Assembly: GCA_031426115.1 (NCBI GenBank)
Contig: JANPKQ010000182.1
Span: 1-32,931, forward strand
DNA length: 32,931 nt
Source: Gemmatimonadaceae bacterium
GTDB lineage: Bacteria; Gemmatimonadota; Gemmatimonadetes; Gemmatimonadales; Gemmatimonadaceae
Reading direction: 5' to 3'
Below, one piece after another: positions 1 through 13,098 of this stretch. A model generated the notes under the pieces. That model ran no database searches. It was not told the origin of the DNA and was given only the letters and a program-made list of their open reading frames with translations. Numbering within the stretch: position 1 is the stretch's first letter; every line of letters begins with the position of its first letter. Both the position numbers and the translations under genes were made by a program.

Positions 1-1
1 G

Positions 2-136
2 CTGGCGCTCTTCGAGCGCGCCGTGGACTCCGCGGCGGAGACGGAGCGTGACCGCACGATCTCGCGTGCGGTTGATCGCGTTCGCGCGAAGTTCGGCCCC
101 GACGGGATTTTGCCGGGGGGGTTGAGGGGGAGGTGA
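2..136 (+). CDS. Y-family DNA polymerase IV (DinB-like), 3'-terminal fragment; the 5' end lies outside the window
   Basis: Frame 2 is open from the window edge to TGA at 134-136. The translation ...RAVDRVRAKFGPDGILPGG resembles the conserved DinB C-terminal '(I/V)DxIRxKFG' tail. Only 45 codons are visible. Confidence 0.4.
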   Translation: MALFERAVDSAAETERDRTISRAVDRVRAKFGPDGILPGGLRGR

Positions 137-150
137 ACCCGTCCCGCGCT

Positions 151-356
151 GCAGTTGCCGTTGACCGTTCCCGTCAGCTGGCAGCCTAGCTGCGTGCAGC
201 TCGTCGCACGTTCTTCCAATCGTGAGCGCCGACCGGGTAGCTCCCGGCTCCCTGCTCACGGTTGCAGTTGCCCTTGACCGTTCCCGTTAGCTGGCAGCCA
301 AGCTGCGTGCAGCTCGTCGCACGTTCTTCCAATCGTGAGCGCCGACCGGTAGCTCC
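151..356. repeat. Two roughly 93-bp direct repeats (151-244 and 264-356), about 95% identical and separated by 19 bp
   Basis: Read directly: gcagttgccgttgaccgttcccgtcagctggcagcctagctgcgtgcagctcgtcgcacgttcttccaatcgtgagcgccgaccgggtagctcc versus the second copy, with about 4 mismatches. The repeat lies in the convergent intergenic region between the dinB-like 3' end and the 3' end of the peptidase gene. Confidence 0.85.
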
Positions 357-386
357 CTGCTGTCCGCTCGCGGCTATTCGCTGGCC

Positions 387-431
387 GCTTTCAGCTTGGG
401 GCTTTCAGCTTTGCGCTTTGGGCTTTCAGCT
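387..431. repeat. Micro tandem repeat: GCTTTCAGCT x3 at 387, 401 and 422
   Basis: Read directly in cgctttcagcttggggctttcagctttgcgctttgggctttcagctcc. Confidence 0.8.
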
Positions 432-464
432 CCCAGCACCGCGCTCCCCGTGCGCACGGTCGGG

Positions 465-508
465 TTGGAAGACCGTGCGACGAGCTGCAAGCAGCTTGGC
501 TGCCAGCT
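465..508. repeat. Inverted 44-bp partial copy of the 93-bp repeat (42/44 match to the reverse complement of 289-332)
   Basis: The reverse complement of 465-508, agctggcagccaagctgcttgcagctcgtcgcacggtcttccaa, matches the repeat core agctggcagccaagctgcgtgcagctcgtcgcacgttcttccaa. This could pair with either direct copy to form a long stem. Confidence 0.8.
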
Positions 509-537
509 CACAGCAAGTAACAACTAACAACTACCAA

Positions 538-2388
538 CTACCATCCTACCGGCTTCCCCCGGTTCTGCGCGTCGAGCCACGCCTTGAGGGGCGCGAAGTA
601 CTCGATCATCGCCGTCCCGTCCATCTGCCTTTCGCCGGTCATGTCGTACAGGATCTCCGGCCACGGCTTGCTCTGCCCCGCCTCGAGCATCGTCGCGAGC
701 TTCGCACCCGCCGCCTTGCTGCCGTAGATCGAGCAGCGGTGCAGCGGACCGCTGAAGCCAGCTTCGCGGCAGAGCGCGCGGTGGAACTGGAACTGGAGCA
801 CCCGCGCGAGGAAGTAGCGCGTGTACGGTGTGTTGGCCGGGACGTGGAACTTCGCACCGGGGTCGAAGTCGGTCGCGCTGCGCGCCAGCGGGGCGGAGAC
901 ACCCTGGTACTTGTTGCGGAGCGCCCACCACGCGGTGTTGTAGTCGGCCGGCTTCACTTCACCCGAGAACACCTTCCAGCGCCACTGGTCGATGAGCAGA
1001 CCGAACGGCAGGAAGGCGACCTTGTCCATCGCCTGCCGCAGAAGCAGCGCAGTGTCGGCCTCGGTCCCGGGGACGCGATCGAGCAGGCCCACGCGCTGGA
1101 GGTACTCCGGGGTGATCGACAGCGCGATCGCATCGCCGATCGCTTCGTGGAACCCATCGTTCGCGCCGTTCTTGAACAGGAATGGCTGATTCCTGTACGC
1201 ACGCTGGTAGAAGTTGTGGCCCTCCTCGTGATGCACGACGACGAAATCCTCGCCGGTCACCTCGATGCACATCTTGATGCGCACATCCTCCAGGTTGTCG
1301 ATGTCCCACGCGCTCGCATGGCAGACGACCTCGCGGTCGGCAGGCTTCGTGAACAGTGAACGTGTCCAGAACGTGGGCGGCAGCGAGTCGAATCCGAGCG
1401 AGGTGAAGAATCCCTCGCCGTAGCGCGCCATCCCTTTTGCGTCGGTCTTCTTCGCGCGAAGGAGCGTCGTCAGGTCGAACTGCGGCGCAGCCGTCCTCGG
1501 TGCGACGATGTCGTAGATGTTGCCCCACTCCTGCGCCCACATGTTGCCGAGCAGATGGGCGGGAATCATCCCGCCCGCGGGGACGACGCTCGGACCGTAC
1601 TTCTCGACGAGCTTCGCGCGGACGTACGCATGCAGCGAGACATACAACGGCTCCACCTGCCGCCAGATGCGCTCGACCTCCTTCGCGAACTCGTCGGGAG
1701 GCATATCATATCCCGAGCGCCACATCGAGCCGGCATCGACGAAGCCGAGCTCGCGCGCGCCCTTGTTCGACAGCTCCGCGAAGCGTGAATAGCGGTCGCG
1801 CATCGGCGCACCGACGGCGTGCCATCCACGCCACACGTCGAGCAGCTCGGCAGGATCACGACTTTCCGCGAGGATGCGACTGAGCGCCGTGATCTGGAGG
1901 CACTCCTGGCCCGTTGCCGGTGCCTTTGCGGCACGGCAGTAGGCGCCCTTGCCGTAGTCGGCCGTGAGCCCGACGCTGATGCGCGTCAGCTCGGCAGCCT
2001 CCGTCGGATTCCCCGGCGGCGGCGCCGCCAGCGACAGCCGCAGCAGCGTGAACTTCCGCCGCACGTCTGCGGGAAGCCGCACCCGATCGTAGCGCCGCGC
2101 CTCGAGCGCGAGCTTCTGCGTCGCGACCGCGTATGCCTCCTGCGCCTCCGCAGTCAGCTCCTCGGTGTCGTCGGTGATGAAGTTGTTCGCCACCCAGTCC
2201 GCGCGATTCACCTTGACGCTGAGCTCGGCGAGCTGCTTCTCGGCCCGCGCCATGAAGCGCTGGGCTTCGGCTGCGGTCGGGGCACTCGCGGCCGGACGCG
2301 GGGCGGGCTGCTGCTGCTGCGCATCTGACGGTCCGGCGAGGAGTGTCACCGCAGCGGCGATGACGACGTAGCGAATGGAGGGATTCAT
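538..2388 (-). CDS. M2-family zinc metallopeptidase (peptidyl-dipeptidase A, angiotensin-converting-enzyme homologue), secreted
   Basis: The ORF is 538..2433. HHEEGH (HExxH) zinc motif with ACE-like flanking sequence (FHEAIGDAIALS). I place the start at ATG 2388 (MNPSIRYVVIAAAVTLLAGPSDAQ, a signal peptide), because codon 2433 is TTG and precedes the signal peptide. Confidence 0.88.
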   Translation of the reverse strand: MNPSIRYVVIAAAVTLLAGPSDAQQQQPAPRPAASAPTAAEAQRFMARAEKQLAELSVKVNRADWVANNFITDDTEELTAEAQEAYAVATQKLALEARRYDRVRLPADVRRKFTLLRLSLAAPPPGNPTEAAELTRISVGLTADYGKGAYCRAAKAPATGQECLQITALSRILAESRDPAELLDVWRGWHAVGAPMRDRYSRFAELSNKGARELGFVDAGSMWRSGYDMPPDEFAKEVERIWRQVEPLYVSLHAYVRAKLVEKYGPSVVPAGGMIPAHLLGNMWAQEWGNIYDIVAPRTAAPQFDLTTLLRAKKTDAKGMARYGEGFFTSLGFDSLPPTFWTRSLFTKPADREVVCHASAWDIDNLEDVRIKMCIEVTGEDFVVVHHEEGHNFYQRAYRNQPFLFKNGANDGFHEAIGDAIALSITPEYLQRVGLLDRVPGTEADTALLLRQAMDKVAFLPFGLLIDQWRWKVFSGEVKPADYNTAWWALRNKYQGVSAPLARSATDFDPGAKFHVPANTPYTRYFLARVLQFQFHRALCREAGFSGPLHRCSIYGSKAAGAKLATMLEAGQSKPWPEILYDMTGERQMDGTAMIEYFAPLKAWLDAQNRGKPVGW

Positions 2389-2495
2389 GTGCGTCACGAT
2401 GAAAGGCGTCCAGGTCGAGGGGCCGTCGTTCAACCTACAGGTTCGATGTCCGGCCCTGCAATGGAGGCTCCCTGGCCGTCACGACGAGAGCTTCT

Positions 2496-2747
2496 CATCG
2501 GATGATGCGGATCGAGCGGATGAAAGGGCGAAACCATCGACGGGCGGGGGCTTGGCACTCCAAACAAGTCCCTGCCCAAACCGAGATGGGGGGATTTTCA
2601 AACTGCAACGGCTACTGCACCCCGCGTGGGGATACAGTAGCCGTTGGTTATTTCACCTCAGTGTTCAGATCTTCGCCCAGCGCTCCATCACGCGTCACAC
2701 CCTCGGACCCTGCGCACTTTCATCCGCTCGATCCGCATCATCCGATG
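2496..2747. repeat. Perfect 31-bp inverted repeat pair (2496-2526 and 2717-2747) enclosing 190 bp
   Basis: catcggatgatgcggatcgagcggatgaaag at 2496-2526 is the exact reverse complement of ctttcatccgctcgatccgcatcatccgatg at 2717-2747. It lies between the permease stop (2770) and the peptidase start (2388). Confidence 0.9.
2606..2646. terminator. Strong hairpin: 12-bp perfect stem caacggctactg/cagtagccgttg with a self-complementary loop (ccccgc..gtgggg)
   Basis: Read directly. It is centred inside the 31-bp inverted repeat pair. On the minus strand it lies about 125 nt downstream of the permease stop and is followed by a gtttgaaaat tract. It is a candidate terminator for the permease gene, or part of a structured element. 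Confidence 0.5.
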
Positions 2748-2769
2748 CGATTGCAGTGAGCCCTCCTTC

Positions 2770-5202
<2,433 letters not shown>

Positions 5203-5423
5203 GGGGCCTGAATGGGTGGAGGGAACCGTCTCCGTTCGACAGACCCATTACGGGAATGGTTGTGACGGGGTTCAACGACGTCGGGCCCGGATGCACGAAA
5301 GCCCGACCTTCAAGGCCGGGCCGTCGTGTACCTCGGTACTCGATCAGGCGCCAACGGGCGACGGTACTGCCCGCTGACAACCGTTCACTGAAAACTGTCC
5401 ACTTCGTTCGCCGCTCTCGTTGC

Positions 5424-6947
<1,524 letters not shown>

Positions 6948-6958
6948 GTTGACAGTGA

Positions 6959-7945
6959 TCAGTGATCAGTGGTCGGTGAGCGAGGCGGGGGCGACATCAT
7001 CGCCGGGCCGGCGGTCGCGCTGGCGACGAAGAGCGTCGGGCCCTTCGCGGCGGAGTCGGCGGGCAGAAGGTGATGGCGAGCAGCGGTGAAACCGGCATCC
7101 TCCAGCCACCCGGTGATCTGCTCCCGGGAGAACCCCTGCCAGAGATGGCCCATTGTGCGTCGGTACTCCTCGCGGTCGTGCGGCGTCATGTCCGCGACGA
7201 GGAGCTTGCCGCCGGGACGCAGCGTCCGTCGCGCCTCCGCCAGCGCCGCGGCGGGATCCTCGACGTAATGCAGGACGAGGAAGAGGATGGCCGCGTCGAG
7301 CGAGCCATCCTCGATCGGAAGCGACTCGAGCCGCCCCCGCTCGAGGCTCACGTTCTCCGCACCGGCGAGCCGCTTTCGCGCCGCGCTCAGCATGGCGGCA
7401 GAATCATCGACCGCAATGACGCGAGCAACGAACGGGGCGAGCGATGCGGTGAGCTGTCCGGTGCCGCAGCCGAGGTCACCGACCGTCCAGCGATCATCGA
7501 GCAGCGCGAGCATGGACAGGAGGTCGGCGCCGTGGCCGAACATCTCCGCTCGCATGCGATCCCACTGGTTCGCGGCCGACGAGAAGAACTCCTGCGACTT
7601 CGACCGCCGCTCGGCGAGCACACTGCGGAGTCGCTGCGCATCCTGCGCCGCCGCCGGCCCCTGCGCGACCTGCTCGCGAACGAGGCTCCACAGGCGTTTT
7701 TCCGCGGGCTCCAACCGTGCGGCCGCCATCGTGTACAAGCGACTCGGTCCGTCAGCGCGGGACACCACCCAGCGTTCGTCGCCGAGGGTCTTGAGGTGCC
7801 GGCTGACCGTGGACTGGGGCATTTGAACGACCGCGCACAGCTCCGAGACCGCCAGCTCGTGGCGTTCCAGCACCAGGAGCATCCGGCACCTGGTGATGTC
7901 GGACAGGGCCGACATTGTATCGAAGATGGAGATCGCGGTGGCCAT
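6959..7945 (-). CDS. ArsR/SmtB-family HTH regulator fused to a SAM-dependent methyltransferase-like domain (SahR-like SAH-responsive regulator candidate)
   Basis: N-terminal ArsR wHTH ([41 protein letters not shown]). C-terminal class-I MTase motif I ([11 protein letters not shown]). It is immediately upstream of, and co-oriented with, ahcY. I place the start at ATG 7945 (MATAISIF), because the longer ORF begins at TTG 7996 and would translate through the operator palindrome. Confidence 0.75.
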   Translation of the reverse strand: MATAISIFDTMSALSDITRCRMLLVLERHELAVSELCAVVQMPQSTVSRHLKTLGDERWVVSRADGPSRLYTMAAARLEPAEKRLWSLVREQVAQGPAAAQDAQRLRSVLAERRSKSQEFFSSAANQWDRMRAEMFGHGADLLSMLALLDDRWTVGDLGCGTGQLTASLAPFVARVIAVDDSAAMLSAARKRLAGAENVSLERGRLESLPIEDGSLDAAILFLVLHYVEDPAAALAEARRTLRPGGKLLVADMTPHDREEYRRTMGHLWQGFSREQITGWLEDAGFTAARHHLLPADSAAKGPTLFVASATAGPAMMSPPPRSPTTDH

Positions 7946-7946
7946 A

Positions 7947-7996
7947 ATATCCGTATATCCGGATATAAGGATATAGCCTTGGGCGCGGCTGGTCAA
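7947..7996 (-). promoter_or_regulatory. 28-bp near-perfect palindrome ATATCCGTATATCCGGATATAAGGATAT (7947-7974) overlapping a candidate sigma70 promoter (-35 TTGACC at 7996-7991, -10 TATCCT at 7973-7968 on the minus strand)
   Basis: The palindrome matches 26/28 and is centred on CC|GG. It contains nested half-sites ATATCC x2 and GGATAT x2. It abuts the regulator start codon and overlaps the predicted -10 and transcription start. That is the classic autoregulatory ArsR-family operator layout. Confidence 0.6.
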
Positions 7997-8004
7997 GTGG
8001 GGGG

Positions 8005-8316
8005 ACTGACCGCGACTACGTACTGCACTTCACTGCTTACTGCGCACGCACTGCGTACTGGCTACTGCGAACGGGTGCAGGAGGGCGTACCGGGCGGCAG
8101 TGCGTAGTGGTGCGCAGTCCCAGTAGTCGCCCACGGACGGAGCGAACGGCGGTACCGGGCGCCCGCCTTCGGCTTGGCCGGTTGCCCGGATTCCTCCCAA
8201 CGACCCGCCGTTCCGCCTGCCGTGCCCGTCCCGCTCTGGCGGTGGGTACCGAGTACTACTTCGTACGAAGTGCGTGCGCAGTAAGCAGTGCCGGTCCGTA
8301 CGTAGTCGCGGTCAGT
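8005..8316. mobile_element. MITE-like non-autonomous element, copy 1 (312 bp; roughly 55-bp terminal inverted repeats ACTGACCGCGACTACGTAC...ACTGCTTACTGCGCACGCACT)
   Basis: The reverse complement of the right end (..agtgcgtgcgcagtaagcagtgccggtccgtacgtagtcgcggtcagt) matches the left end (actgaccgcgactacgtactgcacttcactgcttactgcgcacgcact) in 19-bp and 21-bp perfect blocks. The internal about 100 bp is about 95% identical to copy 3. Confidence 0.8.
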
Positions 8317-8425
8317 AAAACTCCGAAACCCGCTTCGACGCCCGGGGGTAAGATCTGGCTCGGATGAACGCCAGCCGCCTAGATTGCGGTCACGGCCATT
8401 GCCCGCTGCCCGTGGGAGGACCCGC

Positions 8426-9580
8426 ATGTCACGCCCGGTACTCACGCTTCTGGTCCTCATCGCCCTCCAGCCCGCATGCGTGCGGTCGGAGGCGGTCAGC
8501 GAGTGGCCGCTCATTGCCGAGTCGGGGACGCCGGCTGCCCAGGCGGACTCGAGCTTCGCGACGCTCGTCGCCCGGCTGTCCGAGCCGGGCGGGTATTTCG
8601 ACTCCGACAACCTCGTCTCGAACGAGTTGTCCTACGAGCACGTCCTCGGCGCGATGCGGCGGCTCAAGGTGTCCGGCGGGGCGTACATCGGGGTCGGGCC
8701 CGACCAGAACTACACCTACATCGGAAAGGTTCGGCCGAAGATCGTCTACATGATCGACCTGCGGCGTGACAACCTGCTCCAGCACCTGCTCTACAAGTCG
8801 CTCTTCGACATGGCGCGCAACCGCACCGAGTACCTCGCGCTACTCACCGCGCGGCCGGCGCCGAAGAACATTGCGAGCTGGGATCGCCGCGGCATCGATC
8901 AGGTCCTGGCATACATCGATTCGGTCACCCCGCAGCGTGGGCTCTTCGATTCGACGCGTGCCGCCGTCGCGCGAAAGGCGGGGAGCTACGGCATTCCGCT
9001 CGACGCACGCGACCTCGAGACGATCGCCCGCATCCACGGACGGTTCGCGGCCTCGGGCCTGGATCTCCAGTACGAGAGCCTGAACCGGCCATCGCGGCGC
9101 AACTATCCAACCTTCCGCGAGCTGATCCTCGAGCGCGACCTCGAAGGCATCCAGGGGAACTACTTCATCAGCGAAGACGACTTCCAGTTCGTGAAATCGC
9201 TGCACGCGAAGAACCTGATCGTGCCGGTGGTGGGCAACCTCGCAGGAGGTCACGCGCTCCGCGCGATCGGCCAGGACATCGCGGCGCGTGGCGAGCGGGT
9301 CTCCGTACTGTATGTCTCGAACGTCGAGTTCTACCTCATGCGCGAGGGTGGCTTCGATGCGTTCGCGGAAAACGCGAAGACGCTGCCGCGCAACGAGCGA
9401 AGCGTCATCATCCGCAGCTACTTCAACGGGCCGTACACGTACGGGCACCCGCAGTGGGTCCCCGGCTACTTCAGCACGCAGATCCTCCAGACGCTCGAGT
9501 CCCTCGTGACAGAGTACGCGAAGGGGGGCTACACCGAGTATCTCGACGTCGTCACCAAACACTCTCTCCCGCTTCGCTGA
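8426..9580 (+). CDS. Conserved hypothetical secreted protein (signal peptide; Rossmann-like GVGPDQN ... IVYMIDLRRD motif pair)
   Basis: ATG 8426 follows the SD GGGAGGA at 8414-8420. The signal peptide is MSRPVLTLLVLIALQPACVRSEA. No family was recognised with confidence. Strong GC3 bias supports that it is coding. Confidence 0.6.
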   Translation: MSRPVLTLLVLIALQPACVRSEAVSEWPLIAESGTPAAQADSSFATLVARLSEPGGYFDSDNLVSNELSYEHVLGAMRRLKVSGGAYIGVGPDQNYTYIGKVRPKIVYMIDLRRDNLLQHLLYKSLFDMARNRTEYLALLTARPAPKNIASWDRRGIDQVLAYIDSVTPQRGLFDSTRAAVARKAGSYGIPLDARDLETIARIHGRFAASGLDLQYESLNRPSRRNYPTFRELILERDLEGIQGNYFISEDDFQFVKSLHAKNLIVPVVGNLAGGHALRAIGQDIAARGERVSVLYVSNVEFYLMREGGFDAFAENAKTLPRNERSVIIRSYFNGPYTYGHPQWVPGYFSTQILQTLESLVTEYAKGGYTEYLDVVTKHSLPLR

Positions 9581-9587
9581 CTCCATC

Positions 9588-11531
9588 GTGAACCGACGCT
9601 CGTTCGTTCGCCACGCGACACTCGCCGCCGCGGGATTCGGGATCCTCCGCACGCTTCCCGCCTGCGCCGGCGAGCGGGGCAGCGACGCCGACCGCACCTT
9701 TACCGAGCTTCGCGACCGATACTTCCTTCGCCATCTCGAGCTCAACCCCGTCACCTCGACGTACCTCGGCGGCGACGGCTACAGCCCGACCTTGCGCGAC
9801 ATCAACGGCAAGCTGCGCGACTACCGGCCGGCGGCGATGGAATCCGAGCTGCGATTCTACCGCGACATCCGCGACGCAGTTCGCGGGATCGACGCATCCG
9901 CGCTGTCGTCGATCAACCGGATCGATCAGCAGGTGATCGCAGCGCAGGTCGAGTACCTCATCCGCTTCATCGATGTCCGTCACTATCACCAGCGCGCCAT
10001 CGATACCTACGTCGCCGAGCCGTTCCGCGGGATCGACTGGCAGATTCAGCAGATGCGCACGATCGAGGGCGGCCTGCTCGGTACGGAAGAGGAATGGGAG
10101 TTCGTCATCGCGCGGCTGATGGCGATCCCCGCCTACCTCGGCGTCGCTCGCGACAACATCCTCGCCGGGAAGCGCGCAGGGGTGACGGCCGATTGGCGCA
10201 TGATCGAGCGGGATGGGATCGCGGGGAGCAAGGCCAACGCCGAGTACTTCCGCACGACGCTCCCCGCCTCGGCGAGCACCTTTCTCGGGGAGCGCTCCTT
10301 CGCTCCGGCGCTCCGCGAGCGGGTCACCGCGGCGGGAGCCAGCGCCGCCGGCGAGTACGACCGGTTCGCAGAGATGCTCAATCAGTCGTTCGACATTTCA
10401 GCGAAGGTGGAAGGGTTCTCCGCCGCGGAGCAGGAGTACGAGTGGCGCGTGCGCAACGTGCTTCGCGATCCTCGCAGCGCCGAGATGCTCTACGCGCATG
10501 GAGCGGCGGAGGTCGAGAAGTACACGCAGCGGATCATCGAGATCGCAGGGGTCGTCGCGGCCGAGGCGAAGCTCGACCTGCCGTTCGGGAATCGGGACGC
10601 CGCGAACGCGAGCGTGCGAAAGGTCATGGAGCACCTCTCCAATGACTCGCCGAAGAGCGACGACGAGCTCTTCCAGTGGTATCGCGAGGCGGGAGCCCGC
10701 GCGGTGGCGTACGGGCGCGAGCAGGAGATGTTCGATATACCGAACGATTATCAGCTCGAGCTCGTCCCTACCCCGCCCGTCCTGCGGAGCACGATCGACG
10801 CGGCGTACTATCCTGCCCCGCCGCTCAAGCGCTCCGGTGCCGGCCGGTTCTACCTGACGCCAACCGGAAACGACCCGGCGGCGCTGCGCCAGAACAATCG
10901 CGCGTCGATCGCCGACACCGCGATCCACGAGGGGTTCCCGGGGCACGACTGGGAGTTCCGCTACATGACCGAGCACGCGGACCAGATCCCGAAGGTGCGG
11001 TGGCTGACGCCGGGAGCGGTCGAGGACTCGTCCTCGATGTGGGCCGATTCAATCGCCATGGAAGGCTGGGGCCTCTACGCCGAGGAGCTCATGGCGGAGC
11101 CGAGCGCCAACCGTCCATACGGCTTTTACACCGCGGGCGAGTACCTGTACGAGCTGCAGGGACAGCTGCTTCGCGCTGTTCGTGTCAGGGTGGATGTCGG
11201 GCTGCACACCGGGCGGATGTCGTACGATGAGGCGGTGAGCTACTTCACGGAGAACGTGTCCTTTTATCCGGGCGCCTGCGCGCGTGCAGCGCAGGATCCG
11301 ACTGCACGCGCCATCTGCGACTCGGCGAATCGCGCCATCTACCGCTACTCGAAGTGGCCCACCCAGGCGATCACCTACAACCTCGGCAAGAACGCGATCG
11401 TCGAGCTTCGCGAGGCGTATCGTGCGAAGAAGGGCTCGGCCTACTCCGCGAAGGAATTCCACGAGCGGCTGATGCGAATGGGCTCGATCCCGGTCGGCTT
11501 CTTCAGGGAAAGCTTCCTGGCGGAGGCCTAG
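9588..11531 (+). CDS. DUF885-family protein (predicted metallopeptidase-like, HExxPGH motif), Tat-exported
   Basis: GTG start followed by the twin-arginine motif [17 protein letters not shown]. Contains [11 protein letters not shown], characteristic of DUF885. 647 aa. Confidence 0.8.
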   Translation: MNRRSFVRHATLAAAGFGILRTLPACAGERGSDADRTFTELRDRYFLRHLELNPVTSTYLGGDGYSPTLRDINGKLRDYRPAAMESELRFYRDIRDAVRGIDASALSSINRIDQQVIAAQVEYLIRFIDVRHYHQRAIDTYVAEPFRGIDWQIQQMRTIEGGLLGTEEEWEFVIARLMAIPAYLGVARDNILAGKRAGVTADWRMIERDGIAGSKANAEYFRTTLPASASTFLGERSFAPALRERVTAAGASAAGEYDRFAEMLNQSFDISAKVEGFSAAEQEYEWRVRNVLRDPRSAEMLYAHGAAEVEKYTQRIIEIAGVVAAEAKLDLPFGNRDAANASVRKVMEHLSNDSPKSDDELFQWYREAGARAVAYGREQEMFDIPNDYQLELVPTPPVLRSTIDAAYYPAPPLKRSGAGRFYLTPTGNDPAALRQNNRASIADTAIHEGFPGHDWEFRYMTEHADQIPKVRWLTPGAVEDSSSMWADSIAMEGWGLYAEELMAEPSANRPYGFYTAGEYLYELQGQLLRAVRVRVDVGLHTGRMSYDEAVSYFTENVSFYPGACARAAQDPTARAICDSANRAIYRYSKWPTQAITYNLGKNAIVELREAYRAKKGSAYSAKEFHERLMRMGSIPVGFFRESFLAEA

Positions 11532-11536
11532 CGCGC

Positions 11537-12049
11537 GTGGCGACACCGGCCAATCCGGCCGCCGCGCTGCTTCGCACCTGGCAGCGGCTGCATCACCTTC
11601 CTGGCGGCCGCTGGCTCTTCAGCCGTCTCCTCGGATTCCAGGTTCCGTACACCGGCTCCATCAGGGCGACGGTATTGGAGATGCGGCCCGGCTACGCGCG
11701 GGTCGAGCTCCGCGATCGGCGATCGGTGCGCAACCACCTGCGATCGGTGCACGCAGTCGCGCTCGTCAACCTCGGTGAGGTCACGAGCGGCCTGGCGATG
11801 CTCAGCGCCACGCCACCAACGGTTCGCGGCATCGTCACGCGGCTCGAGACGGAGTACCTCAAGAAGGCGCGCGGAACGCTCATCGCTGCGTGTCAGTGCA
11901 CCGTGCCCGGGATCTCGGAGCCGACTGATCTCGAGATCCGCGCCGACATCAGCGATGCAGCGGGCGACATCGTTGCCCGTGTCACGGCGCGCTGGCGTTT
12001 GAGTCCGACGAGCGATGCGGGCGAGCGCAAGCCGGCGGCGCGTCAATGA
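11537..12049 (+). CDS. Hotdog-fold protein (DUF4442/PaaI-thioesterase-like)
   Basis: In-frame GTG at 11537, 5 nt after the DUF885 stop. [28 protein letters not shown] resembles the DUF4442 N-terminus. The alternative start is ATG near 11680. It ends in an ATGA overlap with the next gene. Confidence 0.5.
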   Translation: MATPANPAAALLRTWQRLHHLPGGRWLFSRLLGFQVPYTGSIRATVLEMRPGYARVELRDRRSVRNHLRSVHAVALVNLGEVTSGLAMLSATPPTVRGIVTRLETEYLKKARGTLIAACQCTVPGISEPTDLEIRADISDAAGDIVARVTARWRLSPTSDAGERKPAARQ

Positions 12050-13098
12050 CATTGCCGGCATCGCCGCGGACACCACTCACCGACCACGCCCGGATCGCGG
12101 TCCCGTTGATCTGCGGCGCGATGTATCCGTGCAGCAATCCGGAGCTCGTCGCCGCCGTCTCCGCTGCCGGGGGAATCGGCATCGTCCAGCCGATCTCGCT
12201 GACCTACGTCCATGGCCACGAGTTCCGCGCGGGCCTGCGACTCATCCGGAGCATCACGCCGAACCCGATCGGCATGAATGCACTCATCGAGGCTTCATCG
12301 CGGTCGTACCATGAGCGCATGACGCGGTGGGTGGACATCGCGCTCGAGGAGGGAGTGCGCTTCTTCGTGACATCGCTGGGCAACCCGAAGTGGGTCGCCG
12401 AGAGGGCTCATTCCGTCGGCGGCGTCGTCTACCACGACGTCACCGAGCGGAAGTGGGCGCTCAAGGGGCGCGACGGCGGCGTCGATGGACTCATCGGCGT
12501 CAACCGTCGCGCGGGAGGGCACGCCGGTCCGAAGGCGGCAGAGGTGCTACTCGAGGAGCTTGGCGACCTTGGACTCCCCGTTGTCTGCGCCGGGGGCATC
12601 GGCGACGCGGCGGATTTCGTTGCGGCCCTGCGGATGGGTTACGCGGGCGTGCAGATGGGCACGCGCTTCATCGCGACCCCCGAATGCAAGGCGTCTGACG
12701 CGTACAAGGCAGCGATCGTCAGCGCCGACGAGGACGACATCGTGCTCAGCGAGCGGATCACCGGCGTGCCGGTCGCGGTGATCCGGACGCCGTACATCGA
12801 GAAGATGGGCCTCGCCGCGGGGCCGGTCTCGCGCTGGCTCCTGCGGCACCGGCGCACGAAAAAATACATGCGCTCGATGTACGCGCTCCGATCGCTATGG
12901 CAGCTGAAGCGCGCCTCGCTGGACACGTCGGAGGCCGCGAAGGAATACTGGCAGGCTGGCAAGAGCGTCGCCGGCATCCATGCCATCGAGCCCGCGGGCG
13001 ACATCGTGACGCGATTCGCCGCCGCCCTCGCGACAACGGGTAGCGACCCGCGCTCCCGTGGGGTGAACGACGCGGTCGCGCCGGCGCCGCGGTCCTAG
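12046..13098 (+). CDS. Nitronate monooxygenase (NMO/2-nitropropane dioxygenase; FabK-like FMN TIM-barrel)
   Basis: Contains [28 protein letters not shown] and [14 protein letters not shown] motifs. Its start overlaps the previous stop (caATGa). Confidence 0.85.
   Translation: MTLPASPRTPLTDHARIAVPLICGAMYPCSNPELVAAVSAAGGIGIVQPISLTYVHGHEFRAGLRLIRSITPNPIGMNALIEASSRSYHERMTRWVDIALEEGVRFFVTSLGNPKWVAERAHSVGGVVYHDVTERKWALKGRDGGVDGLIGVNRRAGGHAGPKAAEVLLEELGDLGLPVVCAGGIGDAADFVAALRMGYAGVQMGTRFIATPECKASDAYKAAIVSADEDDIVLSERITGVPVAVIRTPYIEKMGLAAGPVSRWLLRHRRTKKYMRSMYALRSLWQLKRASLDTSEAAKEYWQAGKSVAGIHAIEPAGDIVTRFAAALATTGSDPRSRGVNDAVAPAPRS

Noticed and set aside
151-517. A possible CRISPR array
   Set aside because: There are only two long (93-bp) direct repeats plus an inverted copy, with no regular repeat-spacer periodicity. 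It is not a CRISPR.
2389-2433. A 15-codon N-terminal extension of the M2 peptidase (MNDGPSTWTPFIVTH)
   Set aside because: The start at 2433 is TTG and precedes a canonical ATG plus signal peptide at 2388.
7946-7996. A longer start for the ArsR-MTase regulator
   Set aside because: It would be TTG-initiated and would translate the 28-bp operator palindrome, giving [12 protein letters not shown].
8107-8367. An 86-aa ORF, its counterpart 30322..30582, and 8062..8610 and 30309..30650 on the minus strand
   Set aside because: They lie entirely within MITE copies 1 and 3. Their 'conservation' is DNA repeat identity. They are Arg/Pro-rich and have no start context.
10213-10857. Multiple out-of-frame Arg/Ser/Ala-rich ORFs inside DUF885, NMO, the phosphodiesterase gene, zwf and the kinase (for example 10213..10857, 12327..12698, 13248..13676, 17956..18663, 25815..26510)
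   Set aside because: These are alternative frames of confirmed genes. They have the low-complexity composition characteristic of off-frame translation of GC-rich coding DNA.
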